Shown here in pieces: positions 8,029-19,203 of a stretch of DNA of 64,000 nucleotides. This DNA comes from a bacterium. GTDB taxonomy: Bacteria; Cyanobacteriota; Vampirovibrionia; Gastranaerophilales; Gastranaerophilaceae. The notes below the pieces were generated by a model. That model did no database searches and was not told the DNA's origin. It was given only the letters and a program-made list of their open reading frames with translations. Made by a program: the position numbers and the translations under genes. Where the stretch lies: contig JAFUMP010000024.1 in assembly GCA_017482685.1 (NCBI GenBank), positions 38,946-102,945 of the forward strand, given 5' to 3'. Positions within the stretch are counted from its first letter, which is position 1. Each line of letters opens with the position of its first letter.

Positions 8029-9666
8029 CTATTCTAAAGGTTCTAGTCCCATAAGCCCAGGTAAACCACTCGAATCTTTTGTTTCTTGTTTTACTTCTGG
8101 AGCATTAGAAATCCTAAACTCATAAAAATCTGCCGTCATTGACGTAATTAAAGACCCTGCGTCAACAGCATCTTCTTCTGATATCGTAGTAAATTTTGAA
8201 TTTGTAGCTAATGCTAATTTTTGCAACTTAATATCAGATTCAGGATTATAATCCTTTATATTTCTAAAGAAACTATATACACTTTCTAAATTATCAGCTT
8301 GACCTTCTATTGTAGTATATTTCCCTAAAGATAAAGATGTTAGCCATAACTTTTTAGGAATCTCTGTGCCAACAATTGTATAATAGCTATACAAATTTTT
8401 ATTCGAACTAATGCCTAAACGAATTTCATCTGATTCACTAAATTTATTACCTGAAATATCTTTATTTTCGTCCAAATACCTCTGTATAACCGATATATCC
8501 TTTTTAATTTTAGTTATTTGTTCTTGTTTTTGTGAAATAGTAGTATTTAACGGAACCAAAGCGGCTAAATTCACAAACAATAAAACTAGCGCAACTGCAA
8601 CAGAAGCCACTATCATATTTGGCATTGATAAAACAAATGATAGTGAGCCAAACTTCAACACAGGAGGTTGTTCTAAAATGTAAACATCTCCCAAAGAAGC
8701 ATTAAACATATTTAAAGATCCAGAAGTTGTAGCAACTAGATCTCTTGAAACTGCAGCACCAATTACATCTAATGAAATTTGATTAGCAAAACCCTCATCA
8801 ACATCTGGAGCTGTTTCCAAAAATGGAGCAGATGCGTAGATATTAGCTTCTTGATGAATAATTTGTGCGTTATAAACCAACTTATCAGCAAGAGCTTTTG
8901 CACTAATTATTCCAGTTGTTGAAACAACATATAAGCATTTCGATGGTAAATTTGCAATAAGTGGATTAACGGCAGAAGTAACTATTGAATAATTTTCTTC
9001 TTCTTCTAAAACCTCACCAATAGCAATTTTTTCTTCAAGACTATCAATGTAATTATTACCGAGCATTGATAAAATTCTACAGCTATTATTATTTACAATT
9101 AAAAGCACCCAAGGCTCGTCTTGGCTAGCAATAACTCTTTCATTATAAATTAACGAATTTAAAATCGAGCTTACAGATGTTCCAATACCAGCTAACTTGT
9201 AACCAAGCTCTTTTATTTGCATTGCAATTTCAATCAAAACACTTTTTTGAGCTGCAGTATAAGCCACTTTAGTAAATTGCATGGTTGAACTAGGAAGAGC
9301 CGTTGCTGCAACACACGGTTCAGTATTCTGAAAAATATTATGATTACTCAAATCTTCTTCAATAGCACCAAGAACCTCCATTTCATTCAAGGATGCTGGA
9401 TAATCTGTAACCTTAAAAGCAATTGTCGGTAAATTAAGCCAAATCTCTGTCCCTTTTGGAATTGTAAGAGATTCTAAAAGTTCTTGTAAAGTCTCCTTAA
9501 AAATATCCATATCAGCAATTTCTTGACGCATATTATCATAAGTTAATTGCCTAAAACCGTATTTCAAAACTGTTTTTGTTGCAAAATCAACTTGAGCCAC
9601 TTCAAGACCAAGATCTGGAGTGACAGATACACCAACTACAATATTTTTCTTAAAATTAAATACCAT
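8029..9666 (-). CDS. PilM-like/PilN-like fused pilus assembly protein
   Basis: Soluble N-terminal domain, then a TM helix, a coiled coil and a PilN-like motif (IPKKLWLTSLSL...IEGQA...VYSFFRNI). Confidence 0.55.
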   Translation of the reverse strand: MVFNFKKNIVVGVSVTPDLGLEVAQVDFATKTVLKYGFRQLTYDNMRQEIADMDIFKETLQELLESLTIPKGTEIWLNLPTIAFKVTDYPASLNEMEVLGAIEEDLSNHNIFQNTEPCVAATALPSSTMQFTKVAYTAAQKSVLIEIAMQIKELGYKLAGIGTSVSSILNSLIYNERVIASQDEPWVLLIVNNNSCRILSMLGNNYIDSLEEKIAIGEVLEEEENYSIVTSAVNPLIANLPSKCLYVVSTTGIISAKALADKLVYNAQIIHQEANIYASAPFLETAPDVDEGFANQISLDVIGAAVSRDLVATTSGSLNMFNASLGDVYILEQPPVLKFGSLSFVLSMPNMIVASVAVALVLLFVNLAALVPLNTTISQKQEQITKIKKDISVIQRYLDENKDISGNKFSESDEIRLGISSNKNLYSYYTIVGTEIPKKLWLTSLSLGKYTTIEGQADNLESVYSFFRNIKDYNPESDIKLQKLALATNSKFTTISEEDAVDAGSLITSMTADFYEFRISNAPEVKQETKDSSGLPGLMGLEPLE

Positions 9667-9730
9667 GCTATTTCTTCCTATTTTTTTTTATTGTACAATA
9701 AAATTTAAATTTTGTATACAGGGTAAATAG

Positions 9731-10639
9731 ATGAACAATTTAATAGAGAGAATTAAACATTTAAAACAAAGAAAAAACGCTATTATACTAGCGCATAGCT
9801 ACCAAAATATTGAAATTGATCTTGTTGCAGATTACGTAGGTGACTCACTATACCTAAGCCAAAAAGCAAAAGAAACCAAAGCCGAAATAATTGTATTTGC
9901 GGGAGTTTATTTTATGGCACAAACTGCAAAAATAATTTCACCTGAAAAAAAAGTTTTATTGCCAAATATTAACGCAGGTTGTTTAATGGCTGACATGATT
10001 AATCTACGTCAAATAGTTGATTTTAAAAAAGAATACCCAAATCTTCCTGTAGTATGTTATATAAATTCTACAGCAGAAGTAAAATCTGAATGTGATATCT
10101 GTTGTACAAGCTCTAATGCTATAGATATAGTAAAAAGCCTAAATTCTCCAAAAGTACTATTTGTACCAGATGCAAATTTAGGTAAACACGTAGAATCTGA
10201 ACTAAAAAATGTAGAAGTAATCACCTATCAAGGATGTTGTCCAGTACACGATAATATTACTGTTGAAAACATAAATAACGCTAGAAAAAAATATCCTAAT
10301 GCTAAAATATTAATTCACCCTGAATGCAGGCCAGAAGTAAGCTCTTTAGGTGATTATATTGGAAGTACAAGTGGTATAATTGACTATGTAAAAAATAGCA
10401 AAGATACTCAATTTGTTATTGTTACAGAAAAAGGTGTTGCTGATAGGCTAAAGCGTGATTATCCTGAAAAAGAATTTATCTTAATCTCAAATAACATGCT
10501 TTGCGAAAGCATGAAACTAACAACTTTAGAAGAAATCTTGTATTCTCTAGAAAATGAAGTAAATGAAATAACATTAGATGAAAATATTAGACAGCGTAGT
10601 GCAAAGTGTATTGAAAGAATGTTGAAGGTGTCAAAATGA
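9731..10639 (+). CDS. nadA: Quinolinate synthase
   Basis: ILAHSYQ, GDSLYL, AGCLMAD, CYINS, GCCPVH and HPEC. Confidence 0.96.
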   Translation: MNNLIERIKHLKQRKNAIILAHSYQNIEIDLVADYVGDSLYLSQKAKETKAEIIVFAGVYFMAQTAKIISPEKKVLLPNINAGCLMADMINLRQIVDFKKEYPNLPVVCYINSTAEVKSECDICCTSSNAIDIVKSLNSPKVLFVPDANLGKHVESELKNVEVITYQGCCPVHDNITVENINNARKKYPNAKILIHPECRPEVSSLGDYIGSTSGIIDYVKNSKDTQFVIVTEKGVADRLKRDYPEKEFILISNNMLCESMKLTTLEEILYSLENEVNEITLDENIRQRSAKCIERMLKVSK

Positions 10640-11400
10640 TGGATAATTCTTTTATATACGGTAAAAATGCTATAATTGAAGCTCTTGAATCTGGGAACAG
10701 AGAGTTTAATAGAATTTTAATTTCTAATACTTCACGTTCAGATGAGAAAATTGAAAAAATAAAAGAGCTTGCAAAATCTAATGGAGTTATTTTTCAATTT
10801 GTAGGGAAAGAAAAGCTTAATCAGCTTGCACAAGAAGCAAGGCATCAAGGTGTAATAGCACAAGTTGCACCAATAAAATACATGGATTTAGATGAATTTA
10901 TTGAAAAGCACTCTGATGAATTAACTTCAGTTGTAATCTTAGACGGAGTAGAAGATTCACATAATTTAGGTGCAATAATCCGCTCTTGTGTATGTGCAGG
11001 AGTAAAAGGAATAATTTTACCATCAAGAAGAGGAGTTTTAGTTAATTCTACAGTTGAAAAAACTAGCGCAGGTGCTGTCAACCATATTTCTATAATAAAA
11101 GTCAATAGTATAGTTAACGCAGTTCAACGATTAAAAGATAAAAACTATTGGGTAATTGCAGCCGATCATCATTCTAAAGATAATTATTATGATATTGATT
11201 ATACAGATATGAATTTTGCTTTAATAATGGGAGCAGAGCATGCAGGAGTTTCAAAATCATTATTAAAATTATCCGATTTTATCGTTAAAATTCCAATGTT
11301 GACAAATTTTAATTCTTTAAATGTTTCAAACGCATCTGCTATAATATTATTTGAAAGCGTAAAACAAAAACTTTCTAAAAATTCTAAGAAAAGAGGCTAA
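10636..11400 (+). CDS. rlmB: 23S rRNA Gm2251 methyltransferase (SPOUT)
   Basis: [30 protein letters not shown] and SLNVSNA. Confidence 0.9.
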   Translation: MMDNSFIYGKNAIIEALESGNREFNRILISNTSRSDEKIEKIKELAKSNGVIFQFVGKEKLNQLAQEARHQGVIAQVAPIKYMDLDEFIEKHSDELTSVVILDGVEDSHNLGAIIRSCVCAGVKGIILPSRRGVLVNSTVEKTSAGAVNHISIIKVNSIVNAVQRLKDKNYWVIAADHHSKDNYYDIDYTDMNFALIMGAEHAGVSKSLLKLSDFIVKIPMLTNFNSLNVSNASAIILFESVKQKLSKNSKKRG

Positions 11401-11402
11401 TA

Positions 11403-12407
11403 ATGGTAAAACAAAAAGATAAATTGAATATTATGGTTGATGATATTTCTGATGAAGGAGTTGATTTTAATAGTATCGAACCTATTGAAGACTTAGATGA
11501 TGAGGATAATATCGCAATAGAAGAGCCTAAAACTCAAGAACGTTTAAACTCTGTAAATTCAGATGATTCAGTAAGAATTTATCTTCAGCAAATAGGAAAA
11601 ATTCCTCTTTTATCGCCAGAAGAAGAATTAGAAGTTGCTAAAAAGATTTACGAAACTCAAAGCCAATTTGCAAGAAAAGTTTTAATTAACGCAAATTTAA
11701 GACTTGTTGTTAGTATTGCAAAAAAATATATTGGTAGAGGATTATCATTTCTAGATTTGATTCAAGAAGGTAATATGGGCCTAATAAAAGCTACAGAAAA
11801 GTTTGATTATACTAAAGGATATAAATTTTCTACTTATGCAACTTGGTGGATTCAACAATCTATAACAAGAGCTATTGCTGATAAAGCTAGAATTATAAGA
11901 TTACCTATTCACTTAATTGAATCTATTAATAAAATTAAAAAAGCTACAATGGATTTGACAACAGAATTGGGTAGAATTCCTGTTAAGCAAGAAATTGCAG
12001 ATAAAATGGGTATCTCTGTTTCTAAACTAACATCAATTATTAAATCAACTCAATCCACAATAAGCATAGACACACCGACTGGTCAAAAAGACGATGCAAA
12101 CAAAATCATTGATTACATAGTAGATGAATCGACTTTAGCACCTGAGTCTTTGGTTTCACAAGAAAGCTTATTAGATGATATAAAAGGTATGCTGGAACAA
12201 TTAAGCCAAAAAGAACGTGATGTTTTAATTTTGCGTTTTGGATTAAATAATGATGGACAAAAGAAAACTCTTGATGAAATTGGCAATATTTATGGCGTAT
12301 CAAGAGAAAGAATTCGTCAAATTGAAAATAGAGCGATTTCTAAGCTAAAAAAACTTTGTAAAAACAAAAATATGACATCAGGACTAAAAAATTACATTGG
12401 TGAATAA
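11403..12407 (+). CDS. RNA polymerase sigma-70 factor (RpoD/SigA family)
   Basis: [40 protein letters not shown] and [10 protein letters not shown]. Confidence 0.93.
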   Translation: MVKQKDKLNIMVDDISDEGVDFNSIEPIEDLDDEDNIAIEEPKTQERLNSVNSDDSVRIYLQQIGKIPLLSPEEELEVAKKIYETQSQFARKVLINANLRLVVSIAKKYIGRGLSFLDLIQEGNMGLIKATEKFDYTKGYKFSTYATWWIQQSITRAIADKARIIRLPIHLIESINKIKKATMDLTTELGRIPVKQEIADKMGISVSKLTSIIKSTQSTISIDTPTGQKDDANKIIDYIVDESTLAPESLVSQESLLDDIKGMLEQLSQKERDVLILRFGLNNDGQKKTLDEIGNIYGVSRERIRQIENRAISKLKKLCKNKNMTSGLKNYIGE

Positions 12408-12423
12408 ATAAGGTGAATTAAGA

Positions 12424-14184
12424 ATGGCTGATATAAATGAAATCAATGAATTAGTAGGAAATAAAAAATTCCAAGAGGCATTAGTATTAATTAATGAAGC
12501 AATAAAACAAACTCCTAACGATAAAGAATTATTAAAGCTTGCTGGACTTACTCATGTAAATTTGGAATTATGGGCAAGTGCAAAAACTTTTTTTGAATCA
12601 GTTGTTAAGTTTGAACCAGACGATGCTACTTCTTGGTTTTATTTAGCTAAATGTTATGAAAAACTTGGCGATTTAATTTCAGCAAAAAATTCTTATGTTG
12701 AAGTAATTAAATTAAGAGAAGAATATCTTGAAGCTTACTCTAGTCTATGCGTAATTTTAGTAAAATTAAATGAAATTAACGAGACTATTAAATATGCTCA
12801 AAAAGCTCTTAATATTAATGATACAGATTATATTTTTGATTTTATCATCGGAACAGCATTAATGAAAGCTAAAGATTTTGAAAATGCGATTTTACCATTA
12901 CAAAATGCTTTAAACAAACAGCCAAAAAATTTAGGAACATTGAATAGCCTTGGTACTTGTTATATGGCCACAGGAAAAATGGATTTAGCTATTCAAACTT
13001 ATGAAAAAGCTCTTGAAATTAATCCAAAAGCATCAATGGCTTATTTTAATATAGGTTCTGCTTATCAAATTTTACAAAACCACGAAAAAGCAATTGAATA
13101 CTTAAAAAAAGCTATAGAAATTGATGAAGATGAAAGCTTTTTAGTAGCAATAGCAATGTCTGAAATTAAACTAAATAGATATGAAAATGCTTTAAAATAT
13201 TATAAACACTTGGCTCTTCTTTGCCCAAGTAAAGATAATTATAAATACAATATAGCTACTTGCTATGAAGCATTGGGTGAGATTCAGACTGCAATAAAAA
13301 TTCTTGAAGGAATTGTATATGTAAATCCAAAATTTGTACTTCCTGCACAAAAATTGGCAAATCTTTATCTTAAAACTCTTCAATATACAAAAGCAAAAGA
13401 GATTTACGATAATATTCTTTTAAAACAAAAGCTTGATGCTGAAACAATGCATCAATACGCTATTTTATCTTCAAGTTTGTGTGATTCAGATACCGCAGAA
13501 AGAATGTTGAAAAAAGCATTAAAAATGAATCCAGACTTTGCAAAAGCCCATAAAGATTTAGGTATTGTATACTTAAATAAAAGATTATTTGACTATGCAG
13601 AAGATGAATTTAAAACAGCATTAGAACTTGCCCCAAATGATTTTGAAATATTGTTTGAGTATGGCAATTTCTTATATTCAATATCTAAAAATACAGAAGC
13701 TGAAAGATATTATTCTGAAGCCTTAGAATTAGAACCTAACAATGCTTTAGTTTTAACATTTATGGGATTAAATAAATTAGTTCTTAATCAGTTAGATGAT
13801 GCAAAAGATTATATAATGAAAGCATATAATGCAGCACCTAATCACGAATATGTTCAATTTTGTGTTGGAAGAATCTTATATGCTCGAGGTGAATACGAAG
13901 ATGCAAAAAGATATTTAGTTCGTGCTGTAGAACAGAATCCAGACATAGAGACCCAAAACACTTTAGCGCTTACGTATTTCAAACTAGGAGATTATAATCA
14001 AGCTTTAAGCATATTTAAAAATATTGATGAAAAAAAACCTAAAAACATTTCTGTTTTAATGGAAATCGCAAAATGCTATGAAGCATTAAACGACAATGAC
14101 TCCGCATTAAATTATCTAGAAAAAGTTGTTACAATTTTCCCTGATTATGAAGATGCACACGAAATGATTAGAAAATTGTCTTAA
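12424..14184 (+). CDS. TPR-repeat protein
   Basis: Many ~34-aa repeats such as NSLGTCY...AIQTYEKALEINP. Confidence 0.9.
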   Translation: MADINEINELVGNKKFQEALVLINEAIKQTPNDKELLKLAGLTHVNLELWASAKTFFESVVKFEPDDATSWFYLAKCYEKLGDLISAKNSYVEVIKLREEYLEAYSSLCVILVKLNEINETIKYAQKALNINDTDYIFDFIIGTALMKAKDFENAILPLQNALNKQPKNLGTLNSLGTCYMATGKMDLAIQTYEKALEINPKASMAYFNIGSAYQILQNHEKAIEYLKKAIEIDEDESFLVAIAMSEIKLNRYENALKYYKHLALLCPSKDNYKYNIATCYEALGEIQTAIKILEGIVYVNPKFVLPAQKLANLYLKTLQYTKAKEIYDNILLKQKLDAETMHQYAILSSSLCDSDTAERMLKKALKMNPDFAKAHKDLGIVYLNKRLFDYAEDEFKTALELAPNDFEILFEYGNFLYSISKNTEAERYYSEALELEPNNALVLTFMGLNKLVLNQLDDAKDYIMKAYNAAPNHEYVQFCVGRILYARGEYEDAKRYLVRAVEQNPDIETQNTLALTYFKLGDYNQALSIFKNIDEKKPKNISVLMEIAKCYEALNDNDSALNYLEKVVTIFPDYEDAHEMIRKLS

Positions 14185-14999
14185 ATCTCTATATCAATAT
14201 TTTGTCCAATAAAAGGTTTGATAAAATTATTGTAATAATAGTAGAATAAACCTACTCCTACTAATGCTATGAAATAAAAATTCAAAAGTGTAAAAACAAA
14301 ATACAAAATCATATTTGAACCAGTAAGTGCTGAAATAAATGACAATATAATGTTTGCAATTTGAATTAATAAAAATATTGAAATTGTTTTAAATATTTTT
14401 TTACTAAATAAGTCTTTTAATGACAAATAAAAAGCTATAAAAGGATTTTTATTCTTATAAAATAAAGCGGGCAAATATAGAAATATAAGCAATTGTGATA
14501 ATCCAAAAAAGCTTATTATTATTAAATTCCACATATTTATTTTAATTAATTGTTCTACAGATAATGAAGAAACAAATGCTCTAATACTTTCTGTTGTTTG
14601 AAAAGCTTTAGTAAATGATTCTGTAGAGATTCCGATATCACCAATAGTGTGCATTCCAATATAATATCCACCTAAAAGAAAAAGACTAATCATTAAAATT
14701 GAAATTAAAAAAGCGCCTGTTGATGATAAAAAATATTCTCCGACTCCAGGTAAGAATTTTTTTATTAAAAGATTTGCATCTTCTTGTTTTTGTTCTTCAA
14801 CTGCTGATTTTATCATATTAAACCAACCAGCAATAAAAGCAGAAGTCATCAAAACAAACAGTAATAATGCAAAAATTAGATTTATAAATTTTCCATTTGT
14901 TGCAGAAATTACTAAATACATACGAGAGATAAGTGTGTATAAAATTAACGGAGTAAGTAAAATAACATAATAATTTACAATATTAAATACATTTTGCAT
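14181..14999 (-). CDS. Multi-pass membrane protein, unknown function
   Basis: 272 aa with about six hydrophobic segments. Confidence 0.75.
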   Translation of the reverse strand: MQNVFNIVNYYVILLTPLILYTLISRMYLVISATNGKFINLIFALLLFVLMTSAFIAGWFNMIKSAVEEQKQEDANLLIKKFLPGVGEYFLSSTGAFLISILMISLFLLGGYYIGMHTIGDIGISTESFTKAFQTTESIRAFVSSLSVEQLIKINMWNLIIISFFGLSQLLIFLYLPALFYKNKNPFIAFYLSLKDLFSKKIFKTISIFLLIQIANIILSFISALTGSNMILYFVFTLLNFYFIALVGVGLFYYYYNNFIKPFIGQNIDIEI

Positions 15000-15001
15000 T
15001 T

Positions 15002-16168
15002 TTAACGACCTCTATAGTTAATAATAGCTTGCTCTACAATATCATCAGAAATTTTTATAGCTAAATCTTTAAAACTATTCGCTATATTTGAATTTGCGTT
15101 AACGTCACTAACTGGAATACCCTTGTTAATTGATTCCATGATTGTAAAATAATTATTAGGAACTTTCCAATATACTTTTTCACCTAAAGTTGTTTCAATA
15201 TCTTCAATTTTTATTTCATCATTTTCCATATAACGATTAATTATTAATTTAACTCGATTATTCGGATAACGACGAGAACGGAAAAGATTTAGACATCTTT
15301 GAGCATTCCGTATTGCCGGAATATTTACTATTGTTGTAAATAATATCCAATCAGATTTATCCAATATTTTTAAAGAATTTGGATCAATATTTGATGACAT
15401 ATCAACAATAATATATGGGAAAATTTTCTTTAAAGCAGTAAATAAAGAATCAATTTCTTGCGGTGTTATGCTTTCAGATTGTTCAATATAATTAGGATCT
15501 GACAAAATATAAAGGCTACTGTCTTTGTATTGCTCAAAAGCTTTTATTAAAGTTTCTTCCTTTTTATCAATAAGATTTTTAATAACATAAGCAACATCAA
15601 AAGTCGGGTTTAGATTTAAAAAAGTTGAAATATCACCCAATTGTAGATTCAAATCAATTAAAGCAACTTTATCGTGTGTTGCTTTTGCCAGTTCTATCGC
15701 TAAATTTGAAGCAATAGTTGTTTTTCCAATTCCACCTTTATTCGAATAAATAGTAATTATTTTTGAAGCAGTATCATCACCTAAGTTTTGTTGTAGACAA
15801 AACATTGTAATCACTCGTTTTAAATCCTGTTTTAAAACTGGCTTAGGTAAAAATTCTTTTGCACCCATACGCATAGCTTTAACAATTGTATTAGTTGAAT
15901 AATCAGTAGAAGTTATAATTATTTTTGAAGTGAATAATTTTATGGTCTCTAAAGTTTTGATTAAAGAATTTTTGTCATCATTAGATATGTCTACAAAAAC
16001 TATTGGATGATTATCATCTTTTTTTATAGCCTTAATTCCTTCGTTATAATCAGAGAAAATTTTTACTTCATACCCTAAATTAAACTCTTCAAGATATGAT
16101 TTTATAATCTCTCCAGAATTAAAATTTTTATCTAGCACATAAATAACTGAACAATTTTCCATAAGCAC
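15002..16168 (-). CDS. CpaE/TadZ-like pilus assembly protein (receiver domain + MinD/ParA ATPase)
   Basis: KAMRMGAKEFLPKP, KGGIGKTT and LIDLNLQLGD. Confidence 0.85.
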   Translation of the reverse strand: MLMENCSVIYVLDKNFNSGEIIKSYLEEFNLGYEVKIFSDYNEGIKAIKKDDNHPIVFVDISNDDKNSLIKTLETIKLFTSKIIITSTDYSTNTIVKAMRMGAKEFLPKPVLKQDLKRVITMFCLQQNLGDDTASKIITIYSNKGGIGKTTIASNLAIELAKATHDKVALIDLNLQLGDISTFLNLNPTFDVAYVIKNLIDKKEETLIKAFEQYKDSSLYILSDPNYIEQSESITPQEIDSLFTALKKIFPYIIVDMSSNIDPNSLKILDKSDWILFTTIVNIPAIRNAQRCLNLFRSRRYPNNRVKLIINRYMENDEIKIEDIETTLGEKVYWKVPNNYFTIMESINKGIPVSDVNANSNIANSFKDLAIKISDDIVEQAIINYRGR

Positions 16169-16194
16169 CTCTCAGAACTATTCTAATACAAATT

Positions 16195-17769
16195 TTATGA
16201 TTTGTCTTTAAAAATTTGTTCTAAATCATTCTTAGCGCTTGTTATATTTTCAATAGAAAAAGTTTTTCTCAAAGTATTCATTAAAGATGGATTCAAAATA
16301 ATTGGAGTACAGTTTCCAACAAAAACTCTAACATCATTAAAATTTGATAGATATATCATTTGTGAAACTGTATGTCTATCACATTTAGGAACAAAAATTG
16401 ATATTGGTAGCTGAAATTCTTTTATATAATCAAATATACGTAACCAACTATAACTGTCAAAACAAGTATTAATATGTATTAAATTTTCTTTTTCAGATTC
16501 ATAAGAAAAAGATATAATCAAAACATCTTTAGGTGTTAACTTTACAAGCTTAGCGAAATAAGTTTTTTGTTCTATTGAAGAAAAATCTAATCCTATGATA
16601 AAAATACTTTTATATTTTTTTGAATTTATAGCTTCATTAATTTGAAAAATAATATCATCATAATTATAGCCAATAGTAACATTTTCACAATGTTTTCCGC
16701 TCTTAAATCCTTTAGATTCTTTTGCAGATTTTATTACTTCTTCAAAATTTTGGTTTTCAATTTTAATTATCCCTTTAGGTGATGTTGTATAATCGGTTGT
16801 AAATAAAATCCCACGATAAAAATTTTCAATATTATGTAGTGAATGCTTAGTAAGAATTATTGGGCCAGGAAATGTGGCAAAATCTAACAGACAATTTTCT
16901 AGCCCTTGTCCAAATTGACCACGTAAATTTTTATATTCTAAAAATTTCGGGAATGTATGTGCTAACATCATATCATCATGAGTATAAACATCAATTTCTT
17001 CATCCTTTAAAGCCTCAAGCACCGTTTCTAATTCTCTTATATTTGAGCCAACAACAAGCACTGCTTTATTAGGTATAGTTGAAAAAGAAACCTCATTTAT
17101 ACCTTGTTTTCCGTAGCGTTCTTCTTGAGTTTCTCTAATAAGCTTCATTATTTCAATATCTATATTTGATGCTTTAATTATTTTAGATTTTAAAAACTCA
17201 ACATTATTTTCTTCTAAATTGATTTTACTCAATAAATCAAGAATTATAGCAAATCCTTCACTGTATTCTTTATCAAAACTTTCTAAATCTAAAAGATTTA
17301 TACTTAAACTTTTTGTAATAACAAGCATTGTATTATACAAATCTCTTATCTCTGTTGGGATTTTTTCTAAAGCTCGATTAAATATTTTTTCACCATATCT
17401 TAAAGCTTGTATGATATCATCAGTTTCCTTAAAAAGCTCTATGGCCTTTTGTTTTTCATCTTCTAAATCAGATTCGGAATTAAGCTCATGATATCTTTCA
17501 ATCATTTTAGGAAGTATTTTTTTAAACTCATCTATAGCAAATAAAAAACTATTTTCATTAAATTCAGGATTATAAATAGTAATTGATATTGTATTTAAGA
17601 TAAAAATTTTTTCCGATTTATCTAAATCTAATTTAATTGCATATTTTGCAAATAATCTTAAATAAAGTACTATAACAGTTTGCAGAGCTGATAAGCGAGG
17701 GTTAATAGAACAAATACCTCTAGAAATACAGCTGTTATATTGATATTCTTCAAATGATTCATAACTCAT
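16195..17769 (-). CDS. Divergent hybrid-cluster protein (Hcp)-like
   Basis: CISRGIC, AVLVVG...LETVL, IDVYTHDDM..AH..PKF..YKNLRGQFG and FATFPGPIILT resemble Hcp. Confidence 0.7.
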   Translation of the reverse strand: MSYESFEEYQYNSCISRGICSINPRLSALQTVIVLYLRLFAKYAIKLDLDKSEKIFILNTISITIYNPEFNENSFLFAIDEFKKILPKMIERYHELNSESDLEDEKQKAIELFKETDDIIQALRYGEKIFNRALEKIPTEIRDLYNTMLVITKSLSINLLDLESFDKEYSEGFAIILDLLSKINLEENNVEFLKSKIIKASNIDIEIMKLIRETQEERYGKQGINEVSFSTIPNKAVLVVGSNIRELETVLEALKDEEIDVYTHDDMMLAHTFPKFLEYKNLRGQFGQGLENCLLDFATFPGPIILTKHSLHNIENFYRGILFTTDYTTSPKGIIKIENQNFEEVIKSAKESKGFKSGKHCENVTIGYNYDDIIFQINEAINSKKYKSIFIIGLDFSSIEQKTYFAKLVKLTPKDVLIISFSYESEKENLIHINTCFDSYSWLRIFDYIKEFQLPISIFVPKCDRHTVSQMIYLSNFNDVRVFVGNCTPIILNPSLMNTLRKTFSIENITSAKNDLEQIFKDKS

Positions 17770-17851
17770 AGTTTTAGATTAAATTGCTCCTATAGATTTT
17801 CAATTACCTATCTAGTTCATTTATGGTATAATTCAATTAGGAGGATTTAGA

Positions 17852-18682
17852 ATGTTTAGCACAGATATTCATTACGAAGTTATTACTTTTTCTATTGGCG
17901 ATACTAAAGCTGGTACAAAAATGGGAAAGCTACAACTTAAAGATACAGAAAATAATGAAGTCTTAAATTGTATCCTATGGGAAGAAGCTTTGAATAGAAT
18001 GGATACTAAACTTTTTAGAACTGGTAATATTTTACGCATAGTATCAGGCTCATTTAACGAAAAGTTTAACAATTGTCTTGTAAATTCTCTTGAATTAATT
18101 AAAGAAGCTAAAACTGGTCTTGAACCAGCTGAAAGAGAAGAAACTTATAAAGAATTAGAAAATTATATTAACAAGATTTCTGATGAAAAATTAAAAACTT
18201 TTGTTGCTGAAATTTATGCTAAAAACAAAGATAAAATACTTGTTACTCCTGGAGCTAAATTAATGCACCATAATTATATTGGCGGATTAATGGTTCATAC
18301 TTTAGAGTGCTTACAATATGCAGAAGTAAACTTAAATGCTTTCTTTCAAAGAGTTAATAAAGATGAAGTCTACGCAGCTTGTTTGCTTCACGATATTGGT
18401 AAAATTTTTGAGTACACAATTGATTTAGAATCTGGCCTTATTGATTATGATGAAAATTTTAAAAAAGAATGGATTACTCATTCTCAATACGGGTTTACAA
18501 TTTGTATGACTGCAGGTTTTAAACGCATAGCCAAAATGATTGCAACACATCATGCTCGTGCTGATTGGGGTGCTATTGTAGATTTAGATACGAAAGATTT
18601 AGAACCAATTTATTATTTAGTTCATCATATTGACGATTTATCTGCAAAATTTGGTAAAACAAGTGTTGCAATGCTTGGATAG
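17852..18682 (+). CDS. YhaM-like OB-fold + HD-domain nuclease
   Basis: PGAKLMHHNYIGGLMVHT, LLHDIGK, IATHH and IDDLSAK. Confidence 0.85.
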   Translation: MFSTDIHYEVITFSIGDTKAGTKMGKLQLKDTENNEVLNCILWEEALNRMDTKLFRTGNILRIVSGSFNEKFNNCLVNSLELIKEAKTGLEPAEREETYKELENYINKISDEKLKTFVAEIYAKNKDKILVTPGAKLMHHNYIGGLMVHTLECLQYAEVNLNAFFQRVNKDEVYAACLLHDIGKIFEYTIDLESGLIDYDENFKKEWITHSQYGFTICMTAGFKRIAKMIATHHARADWGAIVDLDTKDLEPIYYLVHHIDDLSAKFGKTSVAMLG

Positions 18683-18692
18683 GGTTAAGTAT

Positions 18693-18881
18693 TTATTCCT
18701 CCAAATCTCCAACGTGATTAATACAAAATCTGCGAAGGTTATTTAATTGTATTTCAGAAATTGCAATAATTACATCAAGGTCATAATTATTCTGTTTCTG
18801 CTGAATCCATTTCATAGCCTTTATTAAAATTTCAACAGTGTTCATTATTTCGTAATATTCAACTATTGCATCTTTATCCAT
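18693..18881 (-). CDS. Small hypothetical protein
   Basis: 62-aa ORF with RBS GAAAGGA. Confidence 0.6.
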   Translation of the reverse strand: MDKDAIVEYYEIMNTVEILIKAMKWIQQKQNNYDLDVIIAISEIQLNNLRRFCINHVGDLEE

Positions 18882-18902
18882 AACTATTTTCCTTTCTTAT
18901 TA

Positions 18903-18987
18903 TGTCATTCCGAACTGGTTTCGGAATCTTACTAAAATGGAATTAACACGTCAAATTATAAGATGCTGAATCGAGTTCAGCATGACA
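18903..18987. repeat. REP/RPE-like bipartite palindromic element
   Basis: TGTCATTCCGAA-CTGGT-TTCGGAATCT ... AGATGCTGAA-TCGAG-TTCAGCATGACA. Confidence 0.75.
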
Positions 18988-19203
18988 ACTTATATACAAC
19001 ATTGTTATAACATTTTTCCGAAAATAGGTAGTTCGCAAAAGCGAACTTATATGTTGTTTTTCAGTAGATAATTTATTGCAAAGCAAGATTCATTTGTTAT
19101 AATATTCATACAAACATATAAGTACGTAAAAAGGATGTGTGTTATGATAACTAAGGTGAAAAGTTTTAAACTATTATCACTTCCGATAATTGCTGGAGGT
19201 TTT

